From Fistulifera solaris (taxonomy: Eukaryota), in contig AP026132.1 in the NCBI GenBank assembly GCA_030295235.1, positions 744,001-808,000 on the forward strand: a DNA stretch of 64,000 nucleotides, in the 5' to 3' direction. This document shows, one piece after another, positions 1 through 12,521 of this stretch. Below the pieces are notes generated by a model. It worked only from the letters and a program-made list of their open reading frames with translations, was not told the DNA's origin and did no database searches. The translations under genes were made by a program, and so were the position numbers. The number at the start of each line of letters is the position of its first letter. Within the stretch, counting starts at the first letter, position 1.

Positions 1-1936
1 TCCCGACCCGAAGGTAGCGCACGATCAGCTGAAACGAGCGGCTAGTTTGTGTTTTGCGGCGTCGAAAGTCGCCAGTGCTTTACGAAACGAAACGTTGGAA
101 CCGGATACGATCAAAGGGAAACCGTTATGTATGGATCAGTTCAAAGTGTTGTTTGGTGCTAGTCGTCAGCCAAGCAGCCATCAAAATGATGATGTGCATG
201 TTTACAGTGATAGCTGTCACGGTACGTTGTTCGGGGCTAATCTGAATATGGTATAGCACCGTCTTTCGTCTCACCATGCTATTTTTCGTTTAAGTGGCGG
301 TTTTGTGCAACAATCAGTTCTATTATTTCCCGGTGCTTTGGCCCATGTCCGGAAATGTAGCAGTCGATGAAGGGGACATATTAGAAATCTTACGCGCCAT
401 AGAGCGACATGCAATGGAGACTAGCCCTGAAGAGGCGAGTAAAGAAGCACTCGGCGTCTTTACGAGTCTACCACGAGCCCAGTGGGCTGCTGCTCGTCAG
501 GATCTTATTGAGACTTCCGAAGCAAATGAGAATGCTTTGACATTGATCGACTCGGCCCTCTTTGTACTAGTCCTCGACAGTTATGCACCGCAAACCATTC
601 ACGAAGCAGCGGCAAATATGCTTCATGGAACCAATCAACTGGCAGCTGGGGAAACAGCGCAAATCGGCACTTGCCTGAATCGATGGTATGACAAGTTGCA
701 GATCATTGTCCTAGCCGACGGCACCAGTGGAATCAACTTTGAGCATTCTTCCATTGACGGCCACACGGCTCTTCGCTTTGTCTCGGATGTTTTTGCCGAA
801 ACTGTTATTTCCTTTGCCGAAAGTATAGTTGACGTAATTCACGGTCGTGGGCGTATTCAACATGTCGTAGACGCTATAGTTGATCGGGCAGCTGTGTATG
901 CTGATGAGACGGATCGCCCTGTCCTTGGTGTTGCGCCCAAGAAGATTATATTTCAAATGACAGATCAACTTAGGAAACGAATCTACTTTGCTGAAACTGC
1001 GCTTTGTGACGAACTCAGTGCGAGTGACACCTATGTGCTGGAGTTTAAAGACTACGGCAAATCACTCATCGTTGGGAACAAAATGTCACCAGACTCATTC
1101 GTACAAATGAGTATACTTCTTGCGTATTACAAACTGTATGGGAAGGTTGTGTGTATGTACGAACCCGTGCTAACAAAAGCCTTCTACCATGGTCGAACCG
1201 AAGCCATGAGAAGTGCCACGCCGCTTGCAAAAAGTCTTTTGTGAGGTATGGTGTGATCCTGAGTCGACTAGAGACCAAAAGCTGAGTGCTCTTCGGGCTG
1301 CAGTAACCGAGCATTCCAATCTTGTAAAGGAAAGCGCTGCAGGAAAGGGCGTCGATCGCCACCTTTACAGCCTGAAGTGCATTGCTAAACGGAGTGGTCT
1401 TGCCATACCTGCTTTCTTTGACAGTATCGGGTGGAAAACTTTGAACCATACGGTCCTTTCTACTTCGAATTGTGGCAACCCATCACTCCGTTTATTCGGC
1501 TTCGGCCCTGTTGTTTCCAGATGGTTTCGGAGTTGGGTACATCATTAAAGACCAGGGTTTGACTTATTCTGTATCGAGCAAACATCGGCAAACTCAGCGT
1601 TACGTGCGATCTCTTGCGACCACCTTGAAAGAAATACAAACTCTGCTTCGCCCGCTTTCGAATATCCAAGTTCACAAAAAGAGAACGAATTTGGCTGATA
1701 TCAAGGATTCTTTTAGGGATGGAACCCGTACGCTAGCGCGTCAAGAGTCGTCTGCGATTTCGGAGTATCCAGACATCTGGGGTGAGAGAAGCGCCCCATC
1801 CACTGACCAGAAAGTGGACGACCCTCCATTTGCTGTGCCAACGAAAAGTAAGCCGTTCTTTTCGGTTGTTTCAAGGCAGCACAGTTTCGACCTACTCAGC
1901 AAGATCGATCGACATAACAGTCTTGTCGATCTTTGA
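1..1936 (+). CDS. Choline/carnitine acyltransferase family protein (5' partial)
   Basis: Motifs LCMDQF, NRWYDK, FEHSSIDG (catalytic His), SPDSFVQM, YEPVLTKAFYHGRTE, GKGVDRHL, LSTSN, FGPVVPDGFG. GT-AG intron 222..294. Reading frame restored by removing one A (1229-1233) and one T (1514-1516). Confidence 0.9.
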
Positions 1937-2118
1937 AAGTTTCGTTACGAAGCTGATAGATAGTATCAAAAGATTCGGAGGACATTTGTTGCGTCCTGTT
2001 GGGTCGGCAGTGGTTGAGCTACTTAAAGTACGAAAGGAAACAGGAGTAGAAAAGGTTCTAAGTTTTGTACATGATTATGCTGATCTATCGTGTTTAACTT
2101 CCACGACTAGCGGAAAGT

Positions 2119-2982
2119 TTATGTTGAAATTGCTACGGAGCGAGGCGACGTCGAAGACGACGCTCCTCGGAGTGATTTAGTACGTGACTGTGCTGATTTG
2201 GATGTTGATGGTTCCCACTTTTCCTCCGATAAAACTGCTTGATATAATGCACTTTGAACATTTGCCACATGGTCATGGTCTTGTGGATGCAAAACTTTCG
2301 AGATGATATGGCGAATGAAACGAATGAGCTTTGCGTCAAGACCCAGTGTTTCGAGCGCGTTGCTAATCGACGCGTAAGCAATTGTCGACATACAGACCAC
2401 GAGAAATCGGCTGTCCACCACTGAGAGGTCAATTTGAAAGCTGCATAGTTTCTCGACTTTGCATCGAGTATCCGCTAGCATGACATTGGATGGAACAAGC
2501 TGAAGAAGTGTTCGTACGAATGAGTGTGTCGAAGGAGGATTCAACCGCCAACCAAGGGCAGCGACGAAAGTGGCTTCCATTTGTACAATCTCCTCGGGAC
2601 TGTAAAGGCCTCGACTTAGTCTGGACACCAATTGAGGGTCCATAGCTGCTGGCTCGTGTATTTTTACAGCTGTATAAAGGGCTGCCAAGCTCGCGAGTTG
2701 GTATTTAGCGCGATCGGATCGAACACTTGCTCCAGATGGGGTGAGCATGAAGCGATCCAAGAGATTGAGCGTAATCTCAACGGTTTCATGGCTAAAGCTA
2801 CAAATACCGGCCACTTCAAAGCACCATGTAGCTATTTTTTCTCGGCAATCCGCATCAACTATGTTGTGATGCAAGGGAATATTCTGCCTTTGTATCTCAG
2901 CTTGAGAAAGCCAGTCCCTTTGCCCGTAAACGGACGTTTCCTGACGTCGCATTGCAATTATTGTTTCTGCAATCCCTTCCAT
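2119..2982 (-). CDS. Cyclin (diatom-expanded type)
   Basis: Cyclin box: CREKIATWCFEV, TLNLLDRF, YQLASLAALYTAVKIHEP, ME...LGWRLNPPS. ATG at 2982. Confidence 0.9.
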   Translation of the reverse strand: MEGIAETIIAMRRQETSVYGQRDWLSQAEIQRQNIPLHHNIVDADCREKIATWCFEVAGICSFSHETVEITLNLLDRFMLTPSGASVRSDRAKYQLASLAALYTAVKIHEPAAMDPQLVSRLSRGLYSPEEIVQMEATFVAALGWRLNPPSTHSFVRTLLQLVPSNVMLADTRCKVEKLCSFQIDLSVVDSRFLVVCMSTIAYASISNALETLGLDAKLIRFIRHIISKVLHPQDHDHVANVQSALYQAVLSEEKWEPSTSKSAQSRTKSLRGASSSTSPRSVAIST

Positions 2983-3715
2983 TGCAACTTTTCTTGTAAC
3001 AGTTGCTCGCTTTCGTGAAAATTTAGATTTGAGATCAAGATCTATCGTGTTGAAAATGTGTTTTCGTTTGTCAAAAGGATTTTCTTTCAGAAAGTGAGAA
3101 ATGTAAAGCAAAGACTACATTTGCCCCACAAGGTCCTTGAGATTTGTGATCTGAATTCTGAATTGTGCTTTGTGTAGTATCTTGTTTCTTGTTGGGGAAC
3201 ATTACATGAGATGCGATAAAAACCAACTACATTTCACATGATACAAGTCCGTTAGGGATAAGTCATGTTCAAATAATACAGTACGTTGCGTCATTTGTCC
3301 TTAACTCCATGATGACCAATGACTGATGACCAACTCCTGATCAGTACACTATAGTATCGACGATCCACGACCTCACAAAATGACACCGATCAATTTTTTA
3401 CTCGTTGACATTTCTGTGAACTGTGTTTTTCGTTTTTCGAATGCAGAAGTCGAGTCCAAGTCGTAAAATCGTGAAACGGAGAAGCAGAAGTGGGAAGCTT
3501 GAATCGCGAACGGCCCGCTGAATAGCTAGAGACTCTTGCTGTTGCTCTAGACTAATCAATTGGGTGGAACGTAATAACGGCGATAAATTAAAAGTCATCA
3601 AAAAGCCATTCTTGCTGTGCTGTGTCGTTAGATTGAATGGTATCGCCTATTCTTTTTGTTTCGAGACAGCTATGTTACATAGAATTGCTGAAACCTAAAC
3701 TAGAATCAGTTGTCA

Positions 3716-4995
3716 TTATTTTTGCTGATTGTCGATTAGCTGAACGGAGATTATGTGGGTCCAAGATCGTTGGGCTTCTGGCCATGATTCGACTTCTGTT
3801 TCGACAATCTGCTCCGTTCCAGCAACAACGTGCTCCGTTTCTAAGTGACGTTTCCTGCCCAAGTCTACAATAGCATCAACCACGTCGAATCCCTCTATTA
3901 CTTTGCCAAAACAGGGATCAGCGTCTTCTGGTAGCAAGTGATGTCGTTGTGATCCAGGTCCATGTACATAGCTATTGTCGATCGTGTTGATGTAGAATGT
4001 GGGACCTTGTCCGGAAAAGCCTAGCGTATATTTGTTGTGCTTGTATTCCTTGGCCTGCTCCGGGAATCCCAAGGTGGCCCAGCCCAACGAATAAAAGTGG
4101 CTGTGTTTAACCTTTTGCGTATAGTAATCAATGGGTGCGGTAGCCATGACATGGTTCATATGATGCAGAAACACGGTATCATCCCACGTATGAGATGTCA
4201 CCAAATCCAAGAAGAAATACACTGTATGAGGTAGCTTGTCTACCGGGTAGAGTTCGACGACGAAGCTTCTCGTGTCGCCAGCCGCTAATTCGGCTGTGAA
4301 CTTGACATGATGTGGACCAGGGCCAAACCTGTTGTTGTTTTGATGGATGAGTACTACAGGAACGACATTGCATACAGTATAAGGAAAGAGACGTACCGTT
4401 CTAGGACCGCCAGTCGGCTGATATGTTGCAAATGATCGCTGAGCGCATCGACTTGACGTTGCAGTCCTCCTCGTCGATGCAGCAGCCACTCATCGACCAA
4501 TTGTTTGGATGGCTTATCGGGCAACGGAAACATATGTACATGGGCTTCCGCCAATTCGTGCATGACGGATCGCTCGTGCTCTAACGCATCTTTGGTTTTG
4601 ATCCATTTGCGCAACAACGCCTGTTTTTGCTTCGACTCCCATTTGACTTGATCCAGCGTTTCGAACAGTTGCTCATAATGCAGTTTATTTTGTTGCAGTT
4701 GATTTTGCAGTTCGTACCATGTCGTCGACGTGTGTTGTGTAATAAGAAGCGCCGCCAACAACCAGGAACACAGAATGAAAGCACCGTAATATGTTGGAGT
4801 GGAGGTCGCTGGTCGTTCGCGGACTTCGCACGATGATGCATTCGTAGGACTGGTATTGGGTGAAATTCCTTCGACCCAATCCTCATTGGCGTGAAGAGGA
4901 CTGGCGGGCTCGTCACCGCCGTATGGCAGAAGCGAAGAGGATCGCTGTTCCATCGTGATTCGAGGCCTTGGTTTCCACCATGATACGACATCCAT
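3716..4995 (-). CDS. Membrane-anchored coiled-coil protein with C-terminal cyclophilin-like domain
   Basis: N-terminal TM and coiled coil. Intron 4329..4396 joins LER-FGPGPHHV. C-terminal motifs PHTVYFFL, GPTFYINT, DPCFGKVIEGFDVVD. Confidence 0.75.
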
Positions 4996-5510
4996 CTTTG
5001 ATGAGCTTACTTATTATGATTCACTCAACTACCCGCCGTCGAAACAATCGTTTCTTTGATGTCTTTCTTTTCCTTCATTCGTTTTGTGGCATTCGGCCTG
5101 CCATCCAAGCATTCGATCGCTAAGAAATTCAAATCACGCCTGTCATCCTTTTCCTACTCGACCGCGAACTGATCAACGGAAAATAGCTGGCCACGTACTA
5201 TAGTGATTGAGTATATTACTTTTTTGGGCTAGATTTGCGTTTAAACAAGTATTTCCGTTAAAGATTAGGAGGTACTTATTGTATGAGCTAAATACCAGTA
5301 TGAACTATTGTGTGTGCCACGTGGAATGTTGTTGCAATGCAAAAAGGGGGGGCGCAAAACTCGCAATCGCATTTGAGACTGCAAAAACGCACCTCTGAAA
5401 AGAAGACTTCTTAATCATCTCTTTTCTATATCCTCCCTTCTGAGCACCGGTGAATCGTTGCTCAATTAGAAAAGAATCTAGTTCAGTATTGAGGAGTTTG
5501 CATTCACAAC

Positions 5511-7486
5511 ATGCGGGCCCGTCTATTGTTTCTGTTTCTACTGTCATCTTTCGCATCCTTCATCGCGGCCCGACCGGTCGTCCGCAACATTCAATCCGCG
5601 CATGAATTTGACCGCTTGCTGCAAAAACACGGAACCGAAACGGGTCTTCCGGTCGTCGTGGACTTTTATTCCGATTCCTGTGGTCCGTGTCGCATGATGG
5701 CACCTATTTTCAAAAAAGTGGCCGCCGATTACGTTGATCGCGCCGTCTTTGTCAAAGTCGATACGAATGCGCAGTACGAACTGTCCGGCCGGTACCAAAT
5801 ACGTTCGCTGCCGACCTTCCAGTGGTTCATTGCCGGAAAACAAGTACAAACCGAAGTGGGTGGGATCGGTGAGCAAGGACTCCGTCATCATACCGATGGG
5901 ATTCTTCGTCGGGCGGAAATTGAGAATGTGGTCATTACATTGGAAGCACTGGAAGAATTTTATCAAAAGCGGATCCTTCGAAAACGGACGTTGCGTCGGT
6001 ATTGAAAAAATGTGCCGATATGACCAAAGCCAAAGGATTGTGTGCGGGCAGTGCGGCGAATCAATTGGCGCGGAAATTGCGCAAAAAGTACGGCAGCATG
6101 CCCAAAATGATTCCTCGATTCAGTGGCGAACCACCCAAACCAGAAACCACCGAAGAACCGCCCACTCAAAGCAGTAGTAGTTCTTCGAAACAACAAACGG
6201 CCAATTTACATTTGGCGACACTGGAAGAACTGCAAGCCGAGCTGGAAAAACGACAAGATCAATTGCGCGACGAAATGGTCGAAGCGGAGGATGCCAACGA
6301 AGATGAAGCGGATCCCGATTTCACTCCATGGACTCCCAAAAGCTATCCCGAGCGTGTCGTGATCATTGGAGGAGGACCCGCGGGTTTGGCGGCGGCCTTG
6401 TACTGTGCGCGAGCAGGGCTCGATCCGCTCGTCATTGCTCCCATTTTGGGTGGGGGTCAATTGCAAGGAAAAGGTGTCGTCGTTGAGAATTATCCTGGTT
6501 TGATCGGGGAAAGCACGACTGGACCCGAAATTGTGTCGAAAATGCGGAAACAAGCGGCGCATTTTGGTGCTTTCTTTGAGGACGATGTTGTGGTGGCGGT
6601 GGACGCGTCACAACGGCCCTTCAAAGTGCAGACGAATGCGACGGGCACCATTGAAACGCATACCATCATCGTGGCCACTGGAGCCGAATCCAATTGGTTG
6701 GGTATTCCGGGTGAATGGGAACTGCGTGGAGGAGGGGTTTCGAGTTGTGCTACGTGCGACGGCTTTTTGTACAGTAATCGCCATGTTGTCGTAGTAGGAG
6801 GAGGAGATGCCGCCATGGAAGATGCATTGGTTCTGGCGCGTACGAGCCAATCGGTCACGGTAGTGCATCGTCGCGATCGTTTCCGAGCATCCAAAGTACT
6901 GGCGGACCGTGTCCTCAGCCATCCTGCTATCACGGTGCGGTGGAATACGGTGTTACAAGAGATTGTCGGCAAAGAGCTACCAACCGAAGACAAGTCAGAC
7001 AGTGATGTAGACCTTGATCAAATTCCCAAGGTTGTGACTGGTGTTGTTCTTCAGAGTACAGAAAGTGGCGAGACGGAGGAACTTGCATGCGATGCTGTCT
7101 TTGTTGCAATCGGACATACTCCTATCACTGGTTTTCTTAAAGATGTTGTTGAATTTGATCCTGCCTATCCGGGATACTTAGCAACAGTTGGCACCAGCAC
7201 GCAAACCTCTGTCAAAGGAATATTTGCCGCTGGTGACGTTGCGGATCCGACGTACCGCCAGGCAATTACCAGTGCGGGTAGTGGAGCAGCTGCGGCACTG
7301 GATGCTGAGCGATACTTGTCGGAAAATGGTTTGGGGAACGAAGCAGCTGAGCTCGAGGCGGAGCTTTTGGCAGAATTGATGGGCAACGACGATGCCACCA
7401 AGTCAAGCTCATCTTACAACGTCTACGAAGACGCTGGTGGACGCGTACACGGAGTTAAAGAGAGCGTAACTGGGGGAGAGCTATAA
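5511..7486 (+). CDS. Signal peptide + thioredoxin + NADPH-dependent thioredoxin reductase fusion
   Basis: Hydrophobic N-terminus; Trx motif DFYSDSCGPC; NTR motifs IIGGGPAG, GVSSCATCDG, VVGGGDAA, VHRRD, GIFAAGDV, RQAITSAG. ORFs 5511..6005 and 6002..7486 join if one A is added at 5965-5968 (FYQKADPSK). Ends GGEL. Confidence 0.85.
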
Positions 7487-7584
7487 GTTTCTGCCGCAGT
7501 CCGGTTATGTCTCAATAAAATTTATAGAATATTCTTTTGATTGAGACGGCTTTTTTCAAAGAGTGCTAGGATAAATTCATTCGA

Positions 7585-9042
7585 TCAGAAGAAGGAACGG
7601 CAAAATGGTAAAATTGATCGGACGTGCCATGGTGCTTTTCGAACTTCCTCCTTTTCAGGTGGCTGTGCGAACGACTCGAATCTGTTCCATTCGTCAGTGA
7701 ACGCGGCTTTGACTTCCATTGAGTCGTCACTTGCATCATTGTACACCAGCAACATGTTGCTTTCCACGTCTTTGTAGGTAGATCGTCCACCGTAATTCCC
7801 TGAACCATGGACAGTAGCAATCAAAGAAGAGGCATCTGGAATTGAAAAGCGTTTGTCTATCTCTCCTCTTGTCAACCAAATGCCTTTCGCATGATACGTC
7901 CATCCTTCACGCTGATAAAACCAAATAGAAGAGTGCTGCGCCGTCCGCCGTGCTAGCTGAGCATATACAGTTGGTATCCATTCGCGACCTTTGTTCCCCG
8001 CCTTCTTCTTTGGTTTGAAACCATGAGATATCCTACCCGCTGTCAGCAAATGACTCTTCCCCAACACTCGGCGCAATCCATTTGTGAGATTCAAATAAGC
8101 TGAGCTCATCCGCAGAGTCACATCATCAGGATAAAGACGATGCACAATAGATAGGAAGCTCTGCAACACGTCAACATCCAATGGCATGTATTCCTTGCGT
8201 GACAAACATTTGCAAAAGTGGCGAGGTGCCTGAAAGGTGGGCACGGCAAAAGCTACGGCGTTCGAACTCGATGACGTTCCTACTGAATTCACGGGATCGC
8301 TATCTTGTGGAACTGTGAAGAGCTTCGACAGAGAACGGATCAAGTCCTTTCGAGATGGTGAAGAAGGTGCGGTAAGCGAGTTTCGGCTTCCCGGGTCGTA
8401 TGTATAACTGTGCTGTGACAGAACTTTGAAGACGTCAGCATAAAACTCAACCAAGCCATTTCCACCATTCTGTATACATAAATAGCGATCGATACGGTCT
8501 GAAAAGTACTCTTCGGACAAATTGGCACCTGATAGGATCATTTCATCATCAATAATGTAACATTTCATGTGAAACACGCCAGAAACTTCGTCGTAGGGGT
8601 TCTTAAGAATAGATTGGAGCCACTTTGGAAGCACCGAGAACAAAAACAGCTTCGAATGCGCGTTGTTCGTATTTATCGATCTATGACATGCCTCGGCAGA
8701 AGTTATGAATGATGATGTAGGAGTGGGCACAGGACGTAGCGCTCTGCCCTTATCCAATAGGATTTGGACGTCGGGACATTCGGTCGTTTTCAATGCGTCT
8801 AATAGTTCTACTTCACGCTTATGCAGAGAAGGATCGGCAGCTGGACCGATATATAGCGCAGCTAGATGTACGCGTTGTTTAGCATTGAGAATCTTGTCGC
8901 ATAAATGGCCATGGAACTCGGTCGGACTAAAGCCAGTGCAATCTAGCCGGAAATGCTCTTTATGCAGAGGAAAATACCGCAGCAAAGATTTTGACTTCGT
9001 GAATGAGCCGCGAGCCGCATTTAGGAGTTGCTTGGGAGTCAT
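7585..9042 (-). CDS. PGS1: CDP-diacylglycerol--glycerol-3-phosphate 3-phosphatidyltransferase (PLD-type phosphatidylglycerophosphate synthase)
   Basis: Motifs FHMKCYIIDD..ILSGANLSEEYFSDRIDRY, WTYHAKGIW, GSGNYGGRS..KDVE. Confidence 0.9.
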   Translation of the reverse strand: MTPKQLLNAARGSFTKSKSLLRYFPLHKEHFRLDCTGFSPTEFHGHLCDKILNAKQRVHLAALYIGPAADPSLHKREVELLDALKTTECPDVQILLDKGRALRPVPTPTSSFITSAEACHRSINTNNAHSKLFLFSVLPKWLQSILKNPYDEVSGVFHMKCYIIDDEMILSGANLSEEYFSDRIDRYLCIQNGGNGLVEFYADVFKVLSQHSYTYDPGSRNSLTAPSSPSRKDLIRSLSKLFTVPQDSDPVNSVGTSSSSNAVAFAVPTFQAPRHFCKCLSRKEYMPLDVDVLQSFLSIVHRLYPDDVTLRMSSAYLNLTNGLRRVLGKSHLLTAGRISHGFKPKKKAGNKGREWIPTVYAQLARRTAQHSSIWFYQREGWTYHAKGIWLTRGEIDKRFSIPDASSLIATVHGSGNYGGRSTYKDVESNMLLVYNDASDDSMEVKAAFTDEWNRFESFAQPPEKEEVRKAPWHVRSILPFCRSFF

Positions 9043-9560
9043 ATTGCGATATTCAATAAAGTCAAACGATCAACTTTGAAAGCAAGTCTTCATGGTTAGG
9101 TTCTTGAGATCGAGAAAAGATTCATTTGTCGTCGAATTCGAAGGTTCGAGCGAAAAAGTCGTTCGAAAACACTCACGGCTGACGCCAGACGATCCGCGAA
9201 AACGCGGCACGCTTGCTTCGTCTATGTAATAAAACTTACTTAGGAAAGAAATGTCACATTCTTGAATGCGCGCTTTCCAAAACCTTAACAAAAAATGCGC
9301 GAAGAACATGTAAGGTATATATAGATATTCGTGTATAAGTAAGTTCAAATGCCGAAGTGATTTTGTCATCACAAAAATCTGGTCACAAAATCTATCGCCA
9401 GAATGGAAAAAATGAAGTGACAATAAGAGCAATTCGGCAATTTATCACCACAACACATTCCGCAACACACAAAGAGCGTATCATCTCTCAAGTTCAAAAG
9501 CAGCCTTCGGTGGCGCTTCAATCTTGAGACCAAGTTAATCCTTGTAACAAACACCACACC

Positions 9561-11976
9561 ATGAAACTGCACAAACCTCTAGTTATCTCCCTCCTCGCCC
9601 GAGGCGTCTGCGGGTGGGAACTCCCCGAGTTTATGCAAGAGTATGCAGCTAACAAACAGATCACGGAACAGCAGAAATATCGGAACGCTATGGTGAAACC
9701 AATTTTATTGCCGGAATCATCGAATGGACGCAGCTTGGCTGAGACCGAAGGACCGACGGAATCGCCCGCCCCTTCACCGTCCCCGTCGTGGCAACCAACT
9801 CTCACGCCGACTGAAACGTCCCCGCCGACCATCGATAACACACCCGAGCCTACAGAGTCACCGGCCCCGTCTCCCAGTCCTAGTTGGATGCCAACCTTGC
9901 AGCCCTCGGATACTCCCAGTGAAAGTCCTTCAAACAGTCCGACACAAACACCCTCTCAGTTGCCATCACTGGCGCCGACAATCACTCCAATGCCTACAGG
10001 ACAGCCATCTGCAGCTCCTTCAGATGTGCCCTCTTCCGTGCCTTCGGCAATGCCGACAATGATGCCATCGATATCGGCACAACCGAGCGCAATGCCGTCA
10101 GACCTTCCATCCAGCCAACCATCGCCAGCGCCCTCAATTTCGTCAGCCCCATCCTCTAATCCGAGTGAGGCACCGACCATGCTTCCAAGTGCTGTACCTT
10201 CGATGGAGCCTAGCGCTCAACCGTCTGGGGCTCCTTCGCTCAGTGAACAGCCTTCGACCATGCCCACGATGGTTAGAATTGAGGGCGATTCGTTCGTTGT
10301 TGCGCTTCCTTTCGAAAGTCCTTTGAATGATACACAAGTGGCTGCCTTTGAAAGAGGAACCATGAAATGGCTTGAACAAAACGGTGTTTCCTCTGGCTCA
10401 ACAACGAATGTTGTCGTGACTGTTACTGACCAGGTAGTCGTTCTGACCTACGTACCGCCGTCCCGACGACGTGACTTACAAACTGTTTCAGCCCCAGCAC
10501 TCACCCTGAAAGACTTGGAGGTGACTTTCAGCGTGAACGTAACTTATTATGGCACAGATCCGGCGTTCAATCTACAAGCCGAATTGGATCCAGAGTTTCA
10601 AGGCAAGAACACTCTGTGGGTTCGCGAGCTGATCAACGCTGATTCCAGTTTCATTCAGCTAGATCCTGTCGTTATTAGTATCCAAGATATGGACAATGAG
10701 AAAAAGCGAACCAAAGCTTCCGACGGAATGGGGGCCGCATCTGCAGCGATTATCTCGGTTGTTGCCATCGGAGCCGCAATTCTGGGTATCGTGGCATCGG
10801 TGTATTCTATCCGCAGCTATCGAACATCGGTCTATGGCGAAGAACTCCACAGTCCAACCTCTCAGGATAATAGCTTCTTTGGAGATCAAGGTATGGCGGA
10901 TATGAATATGACAAGGACGTTCGACAACGAAGCAGCTTATGAAGAGCCTACGGCGAACAAATTTTGCCTTGAACCGGACGAGGAGCAATCCTGTTTGAGC
11001 ATGCCTCGCCCGCTCAGCCCTAACACACTCGAGAAAGGTTGCAACCCAGTCAAGCCCATCTTAGACGGTATTGTCTTTCGACAGACGGATTCAAGTGCGC
11101 ATGCCATGGACCCTCCAACTGCTGCCTCGGAAGCGGGTGCACCCTCTCAACCTGAAGAAAAGCGTATTTCTCTGACAAAAGAAACAACAACCCACGTAGG
11201 CAAAGTACGTCGTCGCTCGAGTCCTAAGAATGCCGAAGAGGAAGATAGAGCACAGTATCGCCAGAAAGCCATTTTCGATGAGGTACGTTTCAACATTTGA
11301 CAATCCAGAAAACTCGTCCTCAATCGCATTTAGTCTCACGACGCATTGTGCGCTTTCTTTACAGATGAATACACCATCCGAGATGTCATCTCACTTTGGA
11401 CGAGATAAACGAGCAACATATGGCCGAGACTCTGTAGAAAGTGAACTAGCGGAAAAGCTGCGTTCGACCAAGATTACCAATGAGGGCGCGTATCCTGTCA
11501 GCAACTCGTCTCCGCAGGCACAGTCCGATTGGAGCTCACAAGCCAACTCGTTCTTTGCCAACATTATTGGACGAAAGAGTAACAATGGGCAAAGAAAAGA
11601 CTCGATTACCAGCAACGCGAGATCACGTCAAGCTCTACCCAAACAAGCTGCCGTACAACCAGCCCACGGTGAAGCTCGAAGAAAGGATCGCACTTCATTT
11701 GAATCATTTGCCCGTCGTTCGGGTGGTGTATACGATGTCTTTGCTCCGGCTGGACCAATCGGTATTGTCGTTGACACTACTAAAGACGGACCCGCGGTTC
11801 ATTCGCTCAAATCAACTTCTCCGATGTTGGGTTTGATCAATCCGGGCGATTTAATCGTCGGACTGGATGATATGGACACTCGAGCCATGACGGCTGCCTC
11901 ATTGACGCGACTGATGGCGCAAAAAGCGAACCAGAAAGAACGAAAAATTACCCTTTTGGCGGGTGACAATTACTAA
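9561..11976 (+). CDS. Type I membrane protein: signal peptide, Ser/Pro/Thr-rich repeats, TM, cytosolic PDZ-like domain
   Basis: PSxxPS repeats; TM AAIISVVAIGAAILGIVASVY; intron 11283..11364; C-terminal APAGPIGIVVDT...INPGDLIVGLDD. Confidence 0.8.
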
Positions 11977-12047
11977 ATGTCAGCGTTTATAAATATAAAT
12001 AAAGAGTGTTTCGTCTTTTTAGCATCGAGATGTCAATGTATCAGCTG

Positions 12048-12521
12048 CTATCGTCTCCACCAAGGAGTCATGCTTTTGAGAATCGCCCCCGCTTGTTGTG
12101 TCATGTCGGAAAGATCTTTGGTTTTGTTGTGCGATGATTGTAGTGTAGTTCGATTTCGCGCTAATTCTTCTTGTATGCCTAAACTGATTTCTTCAGTCTC
12201 CATCATGGTACTTCTCGCTCGTTCCAAAGTTTCATTCTGTTTCGTCAGTTGATCCTCATTCGATTTTAAGTGTGCATCCGCATTCGAGGATGATAAGAGA
12301 AAGGATCGTTGTTGCTTTGTGGCCATGGCCGCGACGTTCTGTTTGTACTGCAACGTTCGTTCCAAATATTCTTCCTTTTCCGCCATGCATCGGGCTTCGG
12401 TGCTCATTTGTTGTAAAATCAGCTGCAATTCTTGATAAAGTTCGTCGGAAGGCGACTGAGCGTACTCGGAAACGAGACGTTGGTATTCTTGATAATACGC
12501 ATGATAGGCTTCCTGGCTCAT
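12048..12521 (-). CDS. Vti1-like SNARE-domain protein without a C-terminal TM anchor
   Basis: Helical N-terminal domain, then LERARSTMMETEEISLGIQEELARNR (Qb-SNARE-like heptads). Confidence 0.7.
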   Translation of the reverse strand: MSQEAYHAYYQEYQRLVSEYAQSPSDELYQELQLILQQMSTEARCMAEKEEYLERTLQYKQNVAAMATKQQRSFLLSSSNADAHLKSNEDQLTKQNETLERARSTMMETEEISLGIQEELARNRTTLQSSHNKTKDLSDMTQQAGAILKSMTPWWRR

